NCBI GenBank assembly: GCA_019358915.1
Contig: JAHHIM010000017.1
Location: 1-64,000 of the forward strand
Reading direction: 5' to 3'
Source: Trichormus sp. ATA11-4-KO1
GTDB taxonomy: Bacteria > Cyanobacteriota > Cyanobacteriia > Cyanobacteriales > Nostocaceae
Length of the DNA stretch: 64,000 bases
Of this stretch, positions 60,010 to 64,000 are shown piece by piece. Within the stretch, counting starts at the first letter, position 1, and the number at the start of each line of letters is the position of its first letter. A program made the translations under genes and the position numbers. The notes below the pieces were generated by a model. It was not told the DNA's origin and searched no databases. It was given only the letters and a program-made list of their open reading frames with translations.

Positions 60010-60348
60010 TTAGATGCCTAGGTTTGACCGCAGATTATCTAGCGGCGATGGTGGTTTGATTTCTGGCTGTTCGGGAACGAACTCCAGTCGAAACCGGAAG
60101 CGTCCTTTTATCCAGCCTCCGCCAGATGTACGCAAAACTTGACAATTGAAACCCTGTTCCGTAAACCATACAGCCTCAGAACTCTTGTTGTTGGTGTTGT
60201 TCCTTGACCATGTTTCTATCGCTTTAATGAGGCAATCAATTTTAGTTATGGTCTCCAGTCCAAATTCTTTTGACTGAATAGTGACAACGCAATCCTTGCT
60301 CAACCCCAACTTGTTATCAGGGTCTATTCCAAATCTTTCTAAACTCAT
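60010..60348 (-). CDS. KGK domain-like protein
   Basis: WFTEQGFNCQVL..GWIKGRFR..LEFVPE..SPLDNLR. Confidence 0.8.
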   Translation of the reverse strand: MSLERFGIDPDNKLGLSKDCVVTIQSKEFGLETITKIDCLIKAIETWSRNNTNNKSSEAVWFTEQGFNCQVLRTSGGGWIKGRFRFRLEFVPEQPEIKPPSPLDNLRSNLGI

Positions 60349-60528
60349 TTCGCTTTTCTCTTTCGGTACACAACATGGCGGGTCAAGCTCGCAACCTGAC
60401 CCGCCTTTCCTAATATTTCCCCAAAGACCCAAGCCACGATAGGTGGTACATCGACAAGGCGGTATATGACCTAGAACGCGATCGGCGTTAACCCCACAAC
60501 CCTAGTAAACAAATATCAGGAGAAAATC

Positions 60529-63207
60529 ATGACATACGCAAAAGAAAAAGAGGTAGCAGGAACCACCTCAAACAAGAAATTAGTATTCGATAAAACCATT
60601 AATAACACTACTAATTCTAACACAAAAATCCCAGAACACATAGATAAAAAACACTGGGATGAGTGGACGGATAGCGGTGTTAATTACGAAATAATATCGC
60701 GAAATGTGCGCTCATTGCATGACCCGCTAGCAGTAGATAAATTACTAAATAGAAACAACAAATCAAGATGGAAACACTCTAGTAACCTCATACCATGCTG
60801 GTCAGTTAGTGGAGTAGATCCAGAAACTGGAGAGCCGACACTGCTTGGTATTCAAGTCAAACCGGACACACCAATACTGAACAAACAAGGCAAGTTACAA
60901 AAATATCTTGGTGCATCCGAGTATCAATCCGCGCCACTGTTTCTAGACACTGGCATCAATGATTTTTGGCAAGAAGTTATTAATACCAAAGTAGAACCAA
61001 TCATCATTACTGAAGGTGCTAAAAAAGCGGGTGCAGGACTATCAATTGGATACACAACAATTTCTATTCCAGGTGTATCTACTTGTAGAAAAAACGGCAG
61101 ACTGCATGATTCACTTCAGCTATTTACGGGCTTTGGTAGAACGTTCTACCTATGCTTTGACAATGACATTATTGTCAAAAAACCCGTACAAAATGCCATG
61201 TTGGCAATGGCTAAGGAATTAAGCGCTACCGGGTCAAAGGTCATGGTCATTGAACTTCCACCGGGAGAGTTAAAAGGAATGGATGATTTTATCGCCAACT
61301 ACGGGAAAGATGCCTTTCACCGACTGGTCGAGAACGCCAAAACCATCGAGGAATGGCGTAAACACCTTGAGGAAGAATGGGTAAAGCAGCAACTTGAAGA
61401 AGGTCAAGAAACAAAGTGTAAGCTTAAACGCCAGTTTGAAATTATCCGTGACGGTTGGGGAGAAGGTTTACGCCTCAACCAGATGAAAAATCAAATTGAA
61501 CTAGCGGGGCAACCGCTCGACTTAGACCAAATTCGCCTGCACATGGTTTTGGAATTTGAGGAAGCAGTGCCAATTGGGGATGCTCAAGCCATAGTCCAGA
61601 TGCTGGCCAATCAAAACGCCTACCACCCAGTAGCAGATTATCTGGAACACGTTACTCACCTTCACCCAGACGTTGACACCAGCATCTTAAACAATTTAGC
61701 TACCCGTTACTTTGGTTCTGACAACGAACTGCACAACATATATATGAAAAAAGTTCTGATTTCAGCCGTTGCCCGTGTCATGCAACCGGGGTGCAGAGTT
61801 GAATCAGTGCCGATTCTTGTCAATCCACGCCAGGGAATTGGTAAAAGTACATTTTGGCGAAATCTATTTGGTGAGGATTGGTTCAGCGATGACATGGGAG
61901 AAGCCAACGAAAAAGACGAAAGAATGAAGCTGCATAACTTCTGGTGTTTGGAGTGGTCTGAGTTCGAGAACGTTTACAGAAAGAAAGATGTCAGCGCTCT
62001 GAAAAAATTCATCACCACAAAAACCGATAGTTACAGAACCCCATACTCTCGCACTATCAAGGAATATCCACGCCGATCAATATTGGTTGGCACGACCAAT
62101 GAGAAAGAAATACTAGCTGACCCCACAGGTAGCCGACGCTTCTGGGTAATTCCGGTTAAGGGAATCATCCCAGTAGAACAGTTAGTGAGGGAACGTGACT
62201 TACTTTGGGCAGCTGCCTATGCACTCTACCAAGCTGGCGAAGACTGGAAGCTTACTTCCGAGCAAGAAGAACTCAGGGAAGAACTGAATAAACAGTTTCA
62301 GGTAATTGACCCCTGGACTGAACAAATTCAGGAATACATCCAGGGACGCGACGTTGTGACACTCACTGAAATTTTTCGGCTTCTCGCTGTGGAAACAGCA
62401 CGCCAAGACGTAGGCACATCGAGAAGAATCAGCGCCATATTCAGCCGGCTGGGTTGGGAAACCGAGCGAAAACGTGAGGGTGGATGTTGGATAAGACGGT
62501 GGGTAAAAAAAGATGAAAAGTTGCAAAACCTATCTGGATCATCTGGATCATCTGGATCAATGGGTACTGACAAGCAAGTACAAAAAGATACAGATAGCGG
62601 TCTAAACCTTCAACACAATAATCAACCTGAAAAAAACACACAATCTTATCTGGATCAATCGGCTACTACACAGCAAGGGTTACAGGAATTGATCCAGATA
62701 GATCCAGATAGGTTTTGTAACTTTTCAGAAAATTCTAACCACTTAGATACAAATGTTAAATCTGATTCTCAAGTTTTGGAACATGCTGATCCAGATAGAT
62801 TTTCAGAAAAATCTGAACATTTAAATTCACCTACCTCATCGCCTAAAGACCTACCCGCGATCACTCCAAAAATTGAGGAGGGCAAAATTTATTGGTCACG
62901 GTCACTAAATAAACAGGTGAAGGTAATTAAGGTTTACCCCTCAGCCAAAAAAGTGGATTGTCACGTCGCGGGTGACGCGATCGCCAAACCCCGGCTGGCA
63001 TTTTCTGATTTACTCCTGTCATCTCCTCCCTATGCTCCCGGCGATAAGGTCAAGGTGCTGGAGGGTGAACACAAAGGATTAGATTTGGTAGTTTCTTCCG
63101 TTGATGCCGATGGCAATCTGTGGCTAAAAAAAGATAGCCAAAAATTTGCGCCGCCCCTGAGCAATCACGGGCAACCATATACGGCTAGTCAATTGAAGCG
63201 AAAATGA
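60529..63207 (+). CDS. Primase (DUF3854 TOPRIM-like) fused to VirE-family helicase
   Basis: ITEGAKKA, CFDND, KGMDD; QGIGKSTF, YRTPY, GTTN, DPTGSRRFW; C-terminal KOW-like motif. Confidence 0.9.
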   Translation: MTYAKEKEVAGTTSNKKLVFDKTINNTTNSNTKIPEHIDKKHWDEWTDSGVNYEIISRNVRSLHDPLAVDKLLNRNNKSRWKHSSNLIPCWSVSGVDPETGEPTLLGIQVKPDTPILNKQGKLQKYLGASEYQSAPLFLDTGINDFWQEVINTKVEPIIITEGAKKAGAGLSIGYTTISIPGVSTCRKNGRLHDSLQLFTGFGRTFYLCFDNDIIVKKPVQNAMLAMAKELSATGSKVMVIELPPGELKGMDDFIANYGKDAFHRLVENAKTIEEWRKHLEEEWVKQQLEEGQETKCKLKRQFEIIRDGWGEGLRLNQMKNQIELAGQPLDLDQIRLHMVLEFEEAVPIGDAQAIVQMLANQNAYHPVADYLEHVTHLHPDVDTSILNNLATRYFGSDNELHNIYMKKVLISAVARVMQPGCRVESVPILVNPRQGIGKSTFWRNLFGEDWFSDDMGEANEKDERMKLHNFWCLEWSEFENVYRKKDVSALKKFITTKTDSYRTPYSRTIKEYPRRSILVGTTNEKEILADPTGSRRFWVIPVKGIIPVEQLVRERDLLWAAAYALYQAGEDWKLTSEQEELREELNKQFQVIDPWTEQIQEYIQGRDVVTLTEIFRLLAVETARQDVGTSRRISAIFSRLGWETERKREGGCWIRRWVKKDEKLQNLSGSSGSSGSMGTDKQVQKDTDSGLNLQHNNQPEKNTQSYLDQSATTQQGLQELIQIDPDRFCNFSENSNHLDTNVKSDSQVLEHADPDRFSEKSEHLNSPTSSPKDLPAITPKIEEGKIYWSRSLNKQVKVIKVYPSAKKVDCHVAGDAIAKPRLAFSDLLLSSPPYAPGDKVKVLEGEHKGLDLVVSSVDADGNLWLKKDSQKFAPPLSNHGQPYTASQLKRK

Positions 63208-63389
63208 CCAAAAACTTAATCCGTATCCAGTGCCCCCGTTGCCACGGGTGGCATACTCACCGCAATGGCTGGAATCCCCGTGCTAGCGGTGAGAAGGTGC
63301 AGAAATGGTATTGCCAAGAGTGCGATCGCAGTTTTCAGGAGTGCGATCAGCTACGCTGTACCGCAGGCGATCGTCAATCGAATTCTTAA
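63204..63389 (+). CDS. Small zinc-ribbon protein (InsA N-terminal-like)
   Basis: CPRC..RNG..QKWYCQECDRSF; ATGA overlap with primase stop. Confidence 0.65.
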   Translation: MTKNLIRIQCPRCHGWHTHRNGWNPRASGEKVQKWYCQECDRSFQECDQLRCTAGDRQSNS

Positions 63390-63468
63390 TAGTTTCAGTA
63401 TACGTACTCAGACTTATATCCCCTTGATTGTCATAAAACGGATTTATCTTCATTAAAAATTCGTTGTC

Positions 63469-63801
63469 ATGGCAGAACCAACTTTACAACAAGTATTTGG
63501 GGCAAACGCTACCCAAGACATCAACTCTATAACTATCAGCAAGACAGACTTGGCAGCAGTTGGATTAACTGCCAATGCAACCAATACAGCCGAGTCTTTA
63601 TTGATTGCGATTAATTTATTAGCTAAAACTTATCTCACCCAAGCCAATTTTGATGCAAACATTGACCAAAGCATCATTGTTGAAAATGGCTTTTCAAGCT
63701 TCACCACTAGGGGAGTGAATAATGATAGCTATCGCACCGACCAATTAACAGTTACGCTAGCAAAACTAGATAGCTCAACACTTGACCCGGATGATTACTA
63801 A
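63469..63801 (+). CDS. Hypothetical element protein
   Basis: Intact 110 aa ORF, ATG start. Confidence 0.75.
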   Translation: MAEPTLQQVFGANATQDINSITISKTDLAAVGLTANATNTAESLLIAINLLAKTYLTQANFDANIDQSIIVENGFSSFTTRGVNNDSYRTDQLTVTLAKLDSSTLDPDDY

Positions 63802-64000
63802 TGGCTAGTTACTGTGAAATTGGGCAAACTGCAAAAGTTACCCTACCCAATGGTGAGGTACTTTCCTTTAATGAAAATCTGCCGATAAATATCACCTGTA
63901 AGGATGAATATCCAGATTGCCAGCTTGTAACAGTAACTTACAAATATGTTCAGCAAGGGTCAGGTGGAACGTTGCACTCTACTCAAAGATCCATTATTGT
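63801..64000 (+). CDS. Hypothetical protein, runs off window
   Basis: TAATG coupling; open frame MASYCEIGQTAKVTLPNG... to window end. Confidence 0.6.
   Translation, partial: MASYCEIGQTAKVTLPNGEVLSFNENLPINITCKDEYPDCQLVTVTYKYVQQGSGGTLHSTQRSII

Larger units (their letters stand above)
55260..64000. mobile_element. Integrated phage-like / satellite-like element (left part; continues beyond window)
   Basis: Terminal tyrosine integrase, tightly packed small ORFs, HTH and RHH regulators, primase-VirE helicase; left boundary approximate. Confidence 0.8.

Noticed and set aside
63204..63389. IS1 element
   Set aside because: Only a zinc ribbon; no InsB/DDE domain or terminal repeats seen, and it is coupled to the primase gene

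Overview
Chromosomal window from a filamentous, Nostocales-like cyanobacterium (abundant HIP1 GCGATCGC sites, heptamer tandem repeats, psaC). Left to right: the end of an IS701-like element; core genes (mlaE, DUF3119, DUF3086, plsY); a TPR / GT2-haemagglutinin-CHAT / MinD / two CHASE2 / DUF928 module; a partial extracellular contractile injection system (eCIS: sheath, 3 tubes, 2 tail chaperones with a likely -1 frameshift extension, 2 DUF4255, a two-component pair, and a DUF4157 protein carrying a duplicated unknown domain and an NLS-like tail); fmt, psaC, glmS; pstSCAB preceded by a pstS remnant; an ~11.5 kb candidate biosynthetic island (desaturase, orphan ectC, 2 GNATs, flavin halogenase, old yellow enzyme, GDSL hydrolase, AraC) bracketed by two homologous inward-facing promoter-like sequences sharing a perfect 26-bp site; an amidohydrolase; and the left part of an integrated phage/satellite-like element (tyrosine integrase, RHH regulator with operator-like repeats, primase-VirE helicase with internal iteron-like repeats). 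No tRNA, rRNA or CRISPR array was seen. All family calls come from motif recognition by eye, not database searches.
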